NCBI RefSeq assembly: GCF_009914755.1
Contig: NC_060945.1
DNA length: 64,000 bases
Source: the human T2T-CHM13v2.0 reference genome, Homo sapiens
Reading direction: 5' to 3' (one strand)
The first letter of the stretch is position 1. Every line of letters starts with the position of its first letter. This document shows positions 32,613 through 47,388 of the stretch, one piece after another. The notes under the pieces are model-generated. The model saw nothing but the letters and a program-made list of their open reading frames with translations, had not been told where the DNA came from and searched no databases. The translations under genes were made by a program, and so were the position numbers.

Positions 32613-35600
32613 CATTTATAATAAACTGTACATAAAATATCAATGTACTCAAACTATATATTATGTTCGGTACATAACATATCAAAGTACCCATACTATA
32701 TAGTATATACTGTACTTAAAATATCAAAATACCCAAAATATATATTATATACGTTACATAAATTATCCAATACCCAAAGTATGTATTATATACTGTACTT
32801 AAAATAGCAAAGTTCCCAAAATATGTATTATATACTGTACATAACAAATGAAAGTACCCAACCATTTATAGTAAACTCTACATAAAATACCAAAGTACCC
32901 AAACTGTGTATTGTATACTGTCCATAAATTATCAAAGTACCCAAAATATATATTGTAAACTGTACATAAAATATCAAAGTAGCCAAAATGTATATTGTAT
33001 ACTGTACATAAAATATAAACGTACCCCAAATATATATTATGTACTGTACACAAAATATCAAAGTACCCATAATACATATTATATACTGTACATAAAATAT
33101 CAAAGGACCCAAAATAAACATTTTATATACTGTACATAAAATATCCAAATACTCAAAATATATATTACATACTGTACATAAAATATCAAAGTACCCAAAT
33201 TATGTATTATATACTGTACGTAAAATATCAGAGTACCCAAAATATGCATTATATACTGTACATAAAATATGAAAGTAACAAAACATTTATAATAAACTGT
33301 ACATAAAATATCAAAGTACTAAAACTATATATCATATACTGTACATAAAATATCAAAGTACCCAAACTTTGTATTATTATATACTGTCCATAAAATATCA
33401 AAGTACCTAAAATATATATTGCATACTGTACATAAAATATCAAAGTACCCAAAATATATACTATATACTGTACATAAAATATGAAGGTACATCAAATATA
33501 TATTATATCCTGTACATAAAATATCAAAGTACACCTATTATATATTGTGTACTGTACATAATATATTAAATCACCCAAATATATATTGTATACTGTATAT
33601 AAAATATGAAGGTACTTCAAATATACATTATATGCTGCACATAAAATATCAAAGTACCCAAAGTATGCATTACATACTGTACATAAAATATCAAAGTACA
33701 CAAATTATATATTATATAATGTACAGAAAATATGAAGGTTCATAAAATATATTTTATATTCTGTACATAATATATCAAAGTACATCAAATATATATTATA
33801 TACGGTACATAAAATATCAAAGTACCCAAAATATGTATTATTTACTGTGCATAAAATATGAAAGTAACCAAACATTTATAATAAACTGTACATAAAATAT
33901 CAAAGTAGTCAATCTACATATTATATACAGTATATAAAATGTCAAAGTACACAAACTGTATATTATATACTGTACATAATATATCAAAGTACCCAGAATA
34001 TATAGCATACTGTACATAAAATATCAAATTAGCCAAAATATATATTGTATACTGTATATAAAATATGAAGGTACATCAAAGATATATTATATTCTGTACA
34101 TAAAATATCAAAGTACACCAAATATGTATTATATGCTGTACATAATATATTAAAGTTGCCCATGTATACATTTTATACTGTACATAAAATATGAAGGTAC
34201 ATCAAATATATAGTATATGCTGCACATAAAATATCAAAGTACCCAAAGTATGTAATATACACTGTACATAATATATCAAAGTACCAAAAGTATATAATAC
34301 ATACTGTAAATAAAATATGAAGGTACCTCAAATATACATTATATTCTGTACATAAAATATCAAAGTACACCAAATATATACTATATGCTGTACATAAAAT
34401 ATTAAATTACCCACAATATGTACTGTATTGTGTACATAAAATATGAAAGTAACCAATCATTTATAATAAACTATACATAAAATATCAAAGTACTCAAACT
34501 GTATATTATATACTGTACATAAAGTATCAAAGTACCCAAACTGTGTAGCATATACTGTACATAAAATATCAAGGTACCCAACATATATATTGTAAACTGT
34601 AGATAAAATATCAAAGTACCCAAAATATATATTATATACTGTACATAAAATATGAAGGCACATCCAATATATATTATATTCTGTACATAAAATATCAAAG
34701 TACACCAAATGTATATTATACACTGTACATAAATTATAAAAGTACCCCAAATATATATTATATACTCTACATAAAATATCAAAGTACCCAAAATATATAT
34801 TATATACTGTACATAAAATATCAAAGTACCCATAGTATGTATTATATCCTGTACATAAAATATGAAGGTACATCAAATATATATTCTATTCTGCACATAA
34901 AATATCATATTACACCAAATATATATTGTATGCTGTATATAAAATATGAAGGTACTTCAAATATATATTATATGCTGCACATAAAATATCAAAGTACCCA
35001 AAGTATGCATTATATACTGTACATAAAATATCAAAGTACCCAAAGTGTATATTATATACTATACATAAAATATGAAGGTTCATCAAATATATTTTATATT
35101 CTGCACATAATATATCAAAGTACATCAAATATATATTATATGCTGTACATAAAATATCAAAGTATCAAAAATATGTATTATATACTGTACATAAAATATG
35201 AAAGTAACCAAATATTTATAATAAACTCTACATAAAATATCAAAGTACTCAAACTACATATTATATACAGTATATAAAATATCAAAGTACCCAAACTGTA
35301 TATTATATACTGTACATACTATATCAAAGTACCCGAATATATAGCATACTGTACATAAAATATCAAAGTACCCATAATATATATTGTATACTGTACATGA
35401 AATATGATGGTACATCAAAGATATATTATATTCTGTACATAAAATATCAAAGTACACCAAATATATATGATATGCTGTACATAATATATTAAAGTCGACC
35501 AAATATATATTACATACTGTACATAAAATATGAAGGTACATCAAATATATATTATATGCTGCACATAAAATATCAAAGTACCCAAAGTATATATTATATA

Positions 35601-35921
35601 CTGTACATAAAATATCAAAGTACACAAAGTATATATTATATACTGTACATAAAATATAAAATACCCCAAATATATATTTTATGCTGTACATAAAATATCA
35701 AAGTACACAAAATATGTATTATATACTGTGCATAAAATATCAAAGGACCCAAAATATATATTATATACTGTACATAAAATATCAAAATACCCAAAATATA
35801 TATTATATACTATACATAAAATACCAAAGTACCCAAAGTATATATTATATACCGTACAAAAAATATCAAAGTAGCCAAAATATGTATTATACACTGTACA
35901 TAATATATGAAAGTACCCAAA
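32613..35921 (+). repeat. 79-monomer HOR unit (3,309 bp)
   Basis: ORF ends at 32635 and 35944; includes a private 2-bp insertion (AAACATTTTATATAC) near 33121. Confidence 0.8.
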
Positions 35922-38900
35922 CATTTATAATAAACTGTACATAAAATATCAATGTACTCAAACTATATATTATGTGCGGTACATAAGATATCAAAGTACC
36001 CATACTATATAGTATGTACTGTACTTAAAATATCAAAATACCCAAAATATATATTATATACGTTACATAAACTATCAAATACACAAAGTATGTATTGTAT
36101 ACTGTACATAAAATAGCAAAGTTCCCAAACTATGTATTATATACTGTACATAAAATATGAAAGTACCCAACCATTTATAATAAACTCTACATAAAATACC
36201 AAAGTAACCAAACTGTGTATTATATACTGTCCATAAAATATCAAAGTACCCAAAATATATATTGTAAACTGTACATAAAATATCAAAGTAGCCAAAATAT
36301 ATATTGTATACTGTACATAAAATATAAAATACCCCAAATATATATTATATACTGTACATAAAATATCAAAGTACCCATAATACATATTATATACTGTACA
36401 TAAAATATCAAAGTACCCAAACTGTATATTATATACTGTACATACTATATCAAAGTACCCGAATATATAGCATACTGCACATAAAATATCAAAGTACCCA
36501 TAATATATATTGTATACTGTACATGAAATATGATGGTACATCAAAGATATATTATATTCTGTACATAAAATATAAAAGTACACCAAATATATATGATATG
36601 CTGTACATAATATATTAAAGTCGACCAAATATATATTACATACTGTACATAAAATATGAAGGTACATCAAATATATATTATATTCTGCACATAAAATATC
36701 ATATTACACCAAATATATATTATATACTGTACATAAAATATGAAAGTACATCAAATATATATTATATGCTGCACATAAAATATAAAAGTCCCCAAAGTTT
36801 GTATTATATTCTGTACATAAAATATCAAAGTATCCAAAGTGTATATTATATACTGTACATAAAATATGAAGGTACATCCGATACCTATTATATTCTGTAC
36901 ATAAAATATCAAAGTACACCAAGTATACAATATATACTGTACATAAAATATTAAATTACCCGAAATATGTATTGTATACTGTACATAAAATATGAAAGGA
37001 ACCAAACATTTATAATAAACTGTACATAAAATATCAAAGTACTCAAACTGTGTATTATATACTGTACATAAAGCATCAAATTACCCAAACTGCGTAGCAT
37101 ATACTGTACATAAAATATCAAGGTACCCAAAATATATATTGTAAACTGTAGATAAAATATCAAAGTACCCAAAGTATACATTATATACTCTACATAAAAT
37201 ATCAAAATACGCAAAATATATATTGTATACTGTACATAAAATATCAAAGTATCCAAACTATATATTATGTACTGTACATAAAATATTAAAGTACCCAAAG
37301 TGTGTATTATACACTGCATATAAAATATGAAGGTACATAAAATATATATTGTATTCTGTACATAAAATATCAAATTACACCAAATATATATTATATAGTG
37401 TACATAATATATTAAAGTCTACCAAATATATATTATATACTGTACATAAAATATGAAGGTACATCAAATATATATTATACGCTGCACATAAAATATCAAA
37501 GTACCCAAAGTATGTATTATATACTGTACATAAAATATCAAAGTACCCAAAGTCTATATTATATACTGTACATAAAATATAAAATACCCCAAATATATAT
37601 TATATGCTGTACATAAAATATGAAAGTACACAAAATATGTATTATGTACTGTACATACAATATCAAAGGACCCAAAATATATATTATATACTGTACATAA
37701 AATATCAAAATACCCAAAATATATATTATATACTGTACATAAAATACCAAAGTACCCAAAGTATATATTATATACCGTACAAAAAATATCAAAGTAGCCA
37801 AAATATGTATTATACACTGTACATAATATATGAAAGTACCCAAACATTTATAATAAACTGTACATAAAATATCAATGTACTCAAACTATATATTATGTGC
37901 GGTACATAAGATATCAAAATACCCATACTATATAGTATGTACTGTACTTAAAATATCAAAATACCCAAAATATATATTATATACGTTACATAAACTATCA
38001 AATACACAAAGTATGTATTATATACTGTACATAAAATAGCAAAGTTCCCAAACTATGTATTATATACTGTACATAAAATATGAAAGTACCCAACCATTTA
38101 TAATAAACTCTATATAAAATACCAAAGTACCCAAACTGTGTATTATATACTGTCCATAAAATATCAAAGTACCCAAAATATATATTGTAAACTGTACATA
38201 AAATATCAAAGTAGCCAAAATATATATTGTATACTGTACATAAAATATAAAATACCCCAAATATATATTATATACTGTACATAAAATATCAAAGTACCCA
38301 TAATACATATTATATACTGTACATAAAATATCAAAGTACCCAAACTGTGTATTATTATATACTGTACATAAAATATCAAGGTACCTAAAATATATATTGC
38401 ATACTGTACATAAAATATCAAAGTACCCAAAATATATACTATATACTGTACATAAAATATGAAGGTACATCAAATATATATTATATCCTGTACATAAAAT
38501 ATCAAAGTACACCTATTATATATTGTGTACTGTACATAATATATTAAATCACCCGAATATATATTGTATACTGTATATAAAACATGAAGGTACTTCAAAT
38601 GTATATTATATGCTGCACATAAAATATCAAAGTACCCAAAGTATGCATTACATACTGTACATAAAATATCAAAGTACACAAATTATATATTATATAATGT
38701 ACATAAAATATGAAGGTTCATAAAATATATTTTATATTCTGTACATAATATATCAAAGTACATCAATTATATATTATATACGGTACATAAAATATCAAAG
38801 TACCCAAAATATGTATTATTTACTGTACATAAAATATGAAAGTAACCAAACATTTATAATAAACTGTACATAAAATATCAAAGTACTCAATCTACATATT

Positions 38901-40604
38901 ATATACAGTATATAAAATATCAAAGTACACAAACTGTATATTATATACTGTACATAATATATCAAAGTACCCAGAATATATAGCATACTGTACATAAAAT
39001 ATCAAAGTACCCAAAATATATATTGTATACTGTACATAAAATATGAAGGTACATCAAAGATATATTATATTCTGTACATAAAATATCAAATTACACCAAA
39101 TATATATTATATGCTGTACATAATATATTAAAGTTGCCCATATATACATTATATACTGTACATAAAATATGAACGTACATCAAATATATAGTATATGCTG
39201 CACATAAAATATCAAAGTACACAAAGTATGTATTATACACTGTACATAAAATATCAAGGTACCAAAAGTATATATTACATACTGTAAATAAAATATGAAG
39301 GTACCTCAAATATATATTATATTCTCTACATAAAATATAAAAGTACACCAAGTATATACTATATACTCTGCATAAAATATTAAATTACCCAAAATATGTA
39401 TTGTATTGTGTACATAAAATATGAAAGTAACCAAACATTTATAATAAACTGTACATAAAATATCAAAGTACTCAAACTGTATATTATATACTGTACATAA
39501 AGTATCAAAGTACCCAAACTGTGTAGTATATACTGTACATAAAATATCAAGGTACCCAAAATATATATTGTAAACAGTAGATAAAATATCAAAGTACCCA
39601 AAATATATATTATATACTGTACATAAAATATGAAGGCACATCCAATATATATTATATTCTGTACATAAAATATCAAAGTACACCAAATGTATATTATATA
39701 CTGTACATAAAATATCAAAGTACCCAACGTGTATATTATATACTGTACACAAAATATGAAGGTTCATCAAATATATTTTATATTCTGCACATAATATATC
39801 AAAGTACAACAAATATATATTATATACTGTACATATAATATCAAAGTACCAAAAATATGTATTATATACTGTACATAAAATATGAAAGTAACCAAACATA
39901 TATAATAAACTGTACATAAAATATCAAAGTACTCGAACTACATATTATATACAGTATATAAAATGTCAAAGTACCCAAACTCTATATTATATACTGTACA
40001 TAATATATCAAAGTACCCGAATATATAGCATACTGTACATAAAATATCAAAGTACCCAAAGTGTGTATTATACACTGCACATAAAATATGAAGGTACATA
40101 AAATATATATTGTATTCTGTACTAAAATATCAAAGTACTCCAAATATATATTATATGCTGTACATAATCTATTAAAGTTGCCCAAATATATATTATATAC
40201 TGTACATAAAATATGAAGGTACATCAAATATATAGTATATGCTGCACATAAAATATCAAAGTACCCAAAGTATGTATTATATACTGTACATAAAATATCA
40301 AAGTACCCAAAGTGTATATTATATACTGTACATAAAATATAAAATACCCCAAATATATATTATATGCTGTACATAAAATATCAAAGTACACAAAATATGT
40401 ATTATGTACTGTACATACAATATCAAAGGACCCAAAATATATATTATATACTGTACATAAAATATCAAAATATCCAAAATATATATTATATACTGTACAT
40501 AAAATACCAAAGTACCCAAAGTATATATTATATACCGTACAAAAAATATCAAAGTAGCCAAAATATGTATTATACACTGTACATAATATATGAAATTACC
40601 CAAA

Positions 40605-43600
40605 CATTTATAATAAACTGTACATAAAATATCAATGTACTCAAACTATATATTATGTGTGGTACATAAGATATCAAAGTACCCATACTATATAGTATAT
40701 ACTGTACTTAAAATATCAAAATACCGAAAATATATATTATATACGTTACATAAACTATCAAATACACAAAGTATGTATTATATACTGTACATAAAATAGC
40801 AAAGTTCCCAAAATATGTATTATATACTGTACATAAAATATGAAAGTACCCAACCATTTATAATAAACTCTACATAAAATACCAAAGTACCCAAACTGTG
40901 TATTATATACTGTCCATAAAATATCAAAGTACCCAAAATATATATTGTAAACTGTACATAAAATACCAAATTACCCAAACTGTGTATTATATACTGTCCA
41001 TAAAATATCAAAGTAGCCAAAATATATATAGTATACCGTACATAAAATATAAAAGTACCCCAAATATATATTATATACTGTACATAAAATATCAAAGTAC
41101 CGATAATACATATTATATACTGTACATAAAATATCAAAGGACCCAAAATAAACATTATATACTGTACATAAAATATTCAAATACTCAAAATATATATTAC
41201 ATACTGTACATAAAATATCAAAGTACCCAAATTATGTATTATATACTGTACGTAAAATATCAGAGTACCCAAAATATGCATTATATACTGCACATAAAAT
41301 ATGAAAGTAACAAAACATTTATAATAAACTGTACATAAAATATCAAAGTACTCAAACTATATATCATATACTGTACATAAAATGCCAAAGTACCCAAACT
41401 GTGTATTATTATATACTGTATATAAAATATCAAAATACCTGAAATATATATTGCATACTGTACATAAAATATCAAAGTACCCAAAATATATACTATATAC
41501 TGTACATAAAATATGAAGGTACATCAAATATATATTACATCCTGTACATAAAATAACAAAGTACACCTATTATATATTGTGTACTGTACATAATATATTA
41601 AATCGCCCAAATATATATTCTATACTGTATATAAAATATGAAGGTACTTCAAATATATATTATATGCTGCACATAAAATATCAAAGTACCCAAAGTATGC
41701 ATTACATACTGTACATAAAATATCAAAGTACACAAATTATATATTATATACTGTACATAAAATATGTAGGTTCATCAAATATATTTTATATTCTGTACAT
41801 AATATATCAAAGTACATCAAATATATATTATATACGGTACATAAAATATCAAAGTACCCAAAATATGTATTATTTACTGTTCATAAAATATGAAAGTAAC
41901 CAAACATTTATAATAAACTGTACATAAAATATCAAAGTACTCAATCTACATATTATATACAGTATATAAAATATCAAAGTACACAAACTGTATATTATAT
42001 ACTGTACATAATATATCAAAGTACCCAGAATATATAGCATACTGTACATAAAATATCAAAGTACCCAAAATATATATTGTATACTGTACATAAAATATGA
42101 AGGTACATCAAAGATATATTATATTCTGTACATAAAATATCAAAGTACACCAAATATATATTATATGCTGTACATAATATATTAAAGTTGCCCATGTATA
42201 CATTTTATACTGTACATAAAATATGAAGGTACATCAAATATATAGTATATGCTGCACATAAAATATCAAAGTACCCAAAGTATGTAATATATACTGTACA
42301 TAATATATCAAAGTACCAAAAGTATATATTACATACTGTAAATAAAATATGAAGGTACCTCAAATATACATTATATTCTGTACATAAAATATCAAAGTAC
42401 ACCAAATATATACTATATACTGTACATAAAATATTAAATTACCCACAATATGTATTTTATTCTGTACATAAAATATGAAAGTAACCAATCATTTATAATA
42501 AACTGTACATAAAATATCAAAGTACTCAAACTGTATATTGTATACTGTAAATAAAGTATCAAAGTACCCAAACTGTGTAGTATATACTGTACATAATATA
42601 TCAAGGTACCCAAAATATATATTGTAAACTGTAGATAAAATATCAAAGTACCCAAAATATATATTATATACTGTACATAAAATATGAAGGCACATCCAGT
42701 ATATATTATATTCTGTACATAAAATATCAAAGTACACCAAATGTATATTATATACTGTACATAAAATATAAAAGTACCCCAAGTATATATTATATACTCT
42801 ACATAAAATATGAAAGTACCCAAAATATATATTATATACTGTACATAAAATATCAAAATACCCATAGTATGTATTATATCCTGTACATAAAATATGAAGG
42901 TACATCTAATATATATTATATTCTGCACATAAAATATCATATTACAACAAATATATATTATATACTGTACATAAAAGATGAAAGTACATCAAATATATAT
43001 TATATGCTGCACATAAAATATAAAAGTCCCCAAAGTTTGTATTATATTCCGTACATAAAATATCAAAGTATCCAAAGTGTATATTATATACTGCACATAA
43101 AATATGAAGGTACATCCGATACATATTATATTCTGTACGTAAAATATCAAAGTACACCAAGTATATATTATATACTGTACATAAAATATTAAATTACCCA
43201 AAATATGTATTGTATACTGTACATAAAATATGAAAGTATCCAAACATTTATAATAAACTGTACATAAAATATCAAAGTACTCAAACTGTGTATTATATAC
43301 TGTACATAAAGCATCCAAGTACCCAAACTGTGTAGCATATACTGTACATAAAATATCAAGGTACCCAAAATATATAGTGTAAACTGTAGATAAAATATCA
43401 AAGTACCCAAAGTATACATTATATACTCTACATAAAATATCAAAATACGCAAAATATATATTGTATACTGTACATAAAATATCAAAGTATCCAAACTATA
43501 TATTATGTACTGTACATAAAATATCAAAGTACCCAAAGTGTGTATTATACACTGCATATAAAATATGAAGGTACATAAAATATATATTGTATTCTGTACA

Positions 43601-44082
43601 TAAAATATCAAATTGCACCAAATATATATTATATAGTGTACATAATATATTAAAGTCTACCAAATATATATTATATACTGTACATAAAATATGAAGGTAC
43701 ATCAAATATATATTATACGCTGCACATAAAATATCAAAGTACCCAAAGTATGTATTATATACTGTACATAAAATATCAAAGTACCCAAAGTATATATTAT
43801 ATACTGTACATAAAATATAAAATACCCCAAATATATATTATATGCTGTACATGAAATATCAAAGTACACAAAATATGTATTATGTACTGTACATACAGTA
43901 TCAAAGGACCCAAAATATATATTATATACTGTACATAAAATATCAAAATATCCAAAATATATATTATATACTGTACATAAAATACCAAAGTACCCAAAGT
44001 ATATATTATATACCGTACAAAAAATATCAAAGTAGCCAAAATATGTATTATACACTGTACATAATATATGAAAGTACCCAAA
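40605..44082 (+). repeat. Long HOR variant (3,478 bp) with an 838-bp alternative last block, variant family Y
   Basis: ORF ends at 40627 and 44105; carries AAAGCATC, AAAATACGCAAAA, AAAAGATGAAAG and TATGTAGGTTC, also seen at about 4.2-7.2 kb and 9.9-12.9 kb. Confidence 0.8.
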
Positions 44083-47000
44083 CATTTATAATAAACTGTA
44101 CATAAAATATCAATGTACTCAAACTATATATTATGTGCGGTACATAACATATCAAATTACCCATACTATATAGTATATACTGTACTTAAAATATCAAAAT
44201 ATCCAAAATATATATTATATACGTTACATAAACTATCAAATACACAAAGTATGTATTATATACTGTACATAAAATAGCAAAGTTCCCAAAATATGTATTA
44301 TATACTGTACATAAAATATGAAAGTACCCAACCATTTATAATAAACTCTACATAAAATACCAAAGTACCCAAACTGTGTATTATATACTGTCCATAAAAT
44401 ATCAAAGTACCCAAAATATATATTGTAAACTGTACATAAAATATCAAAGTAGCCAAAATATATATTGTATACTGTACATAAAATATAAAATACCCCAAAT
44501 ATATATTATATACTGTACATAAAATATCAAAGTACCCATAATACATATTATATACTGTACATAAAATATCAAAGGACCCAAAATAAACATTATATACTGT
44601 ACATAAAATATCCAAATACTCAAAATATATATTACATACTGTACATAAAATATCAAAGTACCCAAATTATGTATTATATACTGTACGTAAATTATCAGAG
44701 TACCCAAAATATGCATTATATACTGTACATAAAATATGAAATTAACAAAACATTTATAATAAACTGTACATAAAATATCAAAGTACTCAAACTATATATC
44801 ATATACTGTACATAAAATATCAAAGTACCCAAACTGTGTATTATTATATACTGTATATAAAATATCACAGTACCTGAAATATATATTGTATACTGTACAT
44901 AAAATATCAAAGTACCCAAAATATATACTATATACTGTCCATAAAATATGAAGGTACATCAAATATATATTATATCCTGTACATAAAATATCAAACTACA
45001 CCTATTAGATATTGTGTACTGTACATAATATATTAAATCCCCCAAATATATATTGTATACTGTATATAAAATATGAAGGTACTTCAAATTCATATTACAT
45101 GCTGCACATAAAATATCAAACTACCCAAGGTATGCATTATATACTGTACATAAAATATCAAAGTACACAAATTATATATTATATTCTGTACATAAAATAT
45201 GAAGGTTCATCAAATATATTTTATATTCTGTACATAATATATCAAAGTACATCAAATATATATTATATACGGTACATAAAATATCAAAGTACCAAAAATA
45301 TGTATTATATACTGTACATAAAATATGAAAGTAACCAAACATTTATAATAAATTGTACATAAAATATCAAAGTACTCAAACTACATATTATATACAGTAT
45401 ATAAAATATCAAAGTACACAAACTGTATATTATATTCTGTACATAATATATCAAAGTACCCAGAATATATAGCATACTGTACATAAAATATCAAAGTACC
45501 CAAAATATATATTGTATACTGTACATAAAATATGAAGGTACATCGAAGATATATTATATTGTGTACATAAAATATCAAAGTACACCAAATATATATTATA
45601 TGCTGTACATAATATATTAAAGTTGCCCAAATATATATTATATACTGTACATAAAATATGAAGGCACATCAAATATATAGTATATGCTGCACATAAAATA
45701 TCAAAGTACCCAAAGTATGTAATATATACTGTACATAACATATCAAAGTACCAAAAGTATATATTACCTACTGTAAATAAAATATGAAGGTACCACAAAT
45801 ATACATTATATTCTGTACATAAAATATCAAAGTACACCAAATATATACTATATACTGCACATACAATATTAAATTACCCACAATATGTATTGTATTGTGT
45901 ACATAAAATATGAAAGTAACCAAACATTTATAATAAACTGTACATAAAATATCAAAGTACTCAAACTGTATATTATATACTGTACATAAAGTATCAAAGT
46001 ACCCAAACTGTGTAGTATACACTGTACATAAAATATCAAGGTACCCAAAATATATATTGTAAACTGTAGATACGATATCAAATTACCCAAAATATATATT
46101 ATATACTGTACATAAAATATGAAGGCACATCCAGTATATATTATATTCTGTACATAAAATATCAAAGTACACCAAATGTATATTATATACTGTACATAAA
46201 ATATAAAAGTACCCCAAGTATATATTATATACTCTACATAAAATATGAAAGTACCCAAAATATATATTATATACTGTACATAAAATATCAAAGTACCCAT
46301 AGTATGTATTATATCCTGTACATAAAATATGAAGGTACATCAAATATATATTATATTCTGCACATAAAATATCATATTACACCAAATATATATTATATAC
46401 TGTACATAAAATATGAAGGTACATCAAATGTATATTATATGCTGCACATAAAATATCAAAGTCCCCAAAGTTTGTATTATATACTGTACATAAAATATCA
46501 AAGTATCCAAAGTGTATATTATATACTGTACATAAAATATGAAGGTACATCCGATACATATTATATTCTGTACATAAAATATCAAAGTACACCAAGTATA
46601 TATAATATACTGTACATAAAATATTAAATTACCCGAAATATGTATTGTATACTGTACATAAAATATGAAAGTAACCAAACATTTATAATAAACTGTACAT
46701 AAAATATCAAAGTACTCAAACTACATATTATATACAGTATATAAAATATCAAAGTACCCAAACTGTATATTATATACTGTACATACTATATCAAAGTACC
46801 CGAATATATAGCATACTGTACATAAAATATCAAAGTACCCAAAATATATATTGTACACTGCACATAAAATATGAAGCTACATCAAAGATATATTATATTC
46901 TGTACATAAAATATCAAAGTACACCAAGTATATATTATATGCTGTACATAATATATTAAAGTCGACCAAATATATATTACATACTGTACAAAAAATATGA

Positions 47001-47388
47001 AGGTACATCAAATATATATTATATGCTGCACATAAAATATCAAAGTACCCAAAGTATGTATTATATACTGTACATAAAATATCAAAATACCCAAAGTATA
47101 TATTATATACTATACATACAATATAAAATACCCCAAATATATATTATATGCTGTACATAAAATATCAAAGTACACAAAATATGTATTATGTACTGTACAT
47201 AAAATATCAAAGGACCGAAAATATATATTATATACTGTACATAAAATATCAAAATACCCAAAATATATACTATATACTGTACATAAAATACCAAAGTACC
47301 CAAAGTATATATTATATACCGTACAAAAAATATCAAAGTAGCCAAAGTATGTATTATACACTGTACATAATATATGAAAGTACCCAAA
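44083..47388 (+). repeat. 79-monomer HOR unit (3,306 bp), variant family X
   Basis: ORF ends at 44105 and 47411; family-X diagnostics such as TAGATACGATATC near 46070. Confidence 0.85.

Noticed and set aside
23914-33282. Apparent clean 4,684-bp tandem duplication
   Set aside because: Only about 25.5-28.6 versus 30.2-33.3 kb match closely. The 28.6-30.0 kb part shares private variants with 1.0-2.4 kb (offset 27,597), and 23.3-25.5 kb matches 49.1-51.3 kb (offset 25,779). It is a mosaic, not one event.
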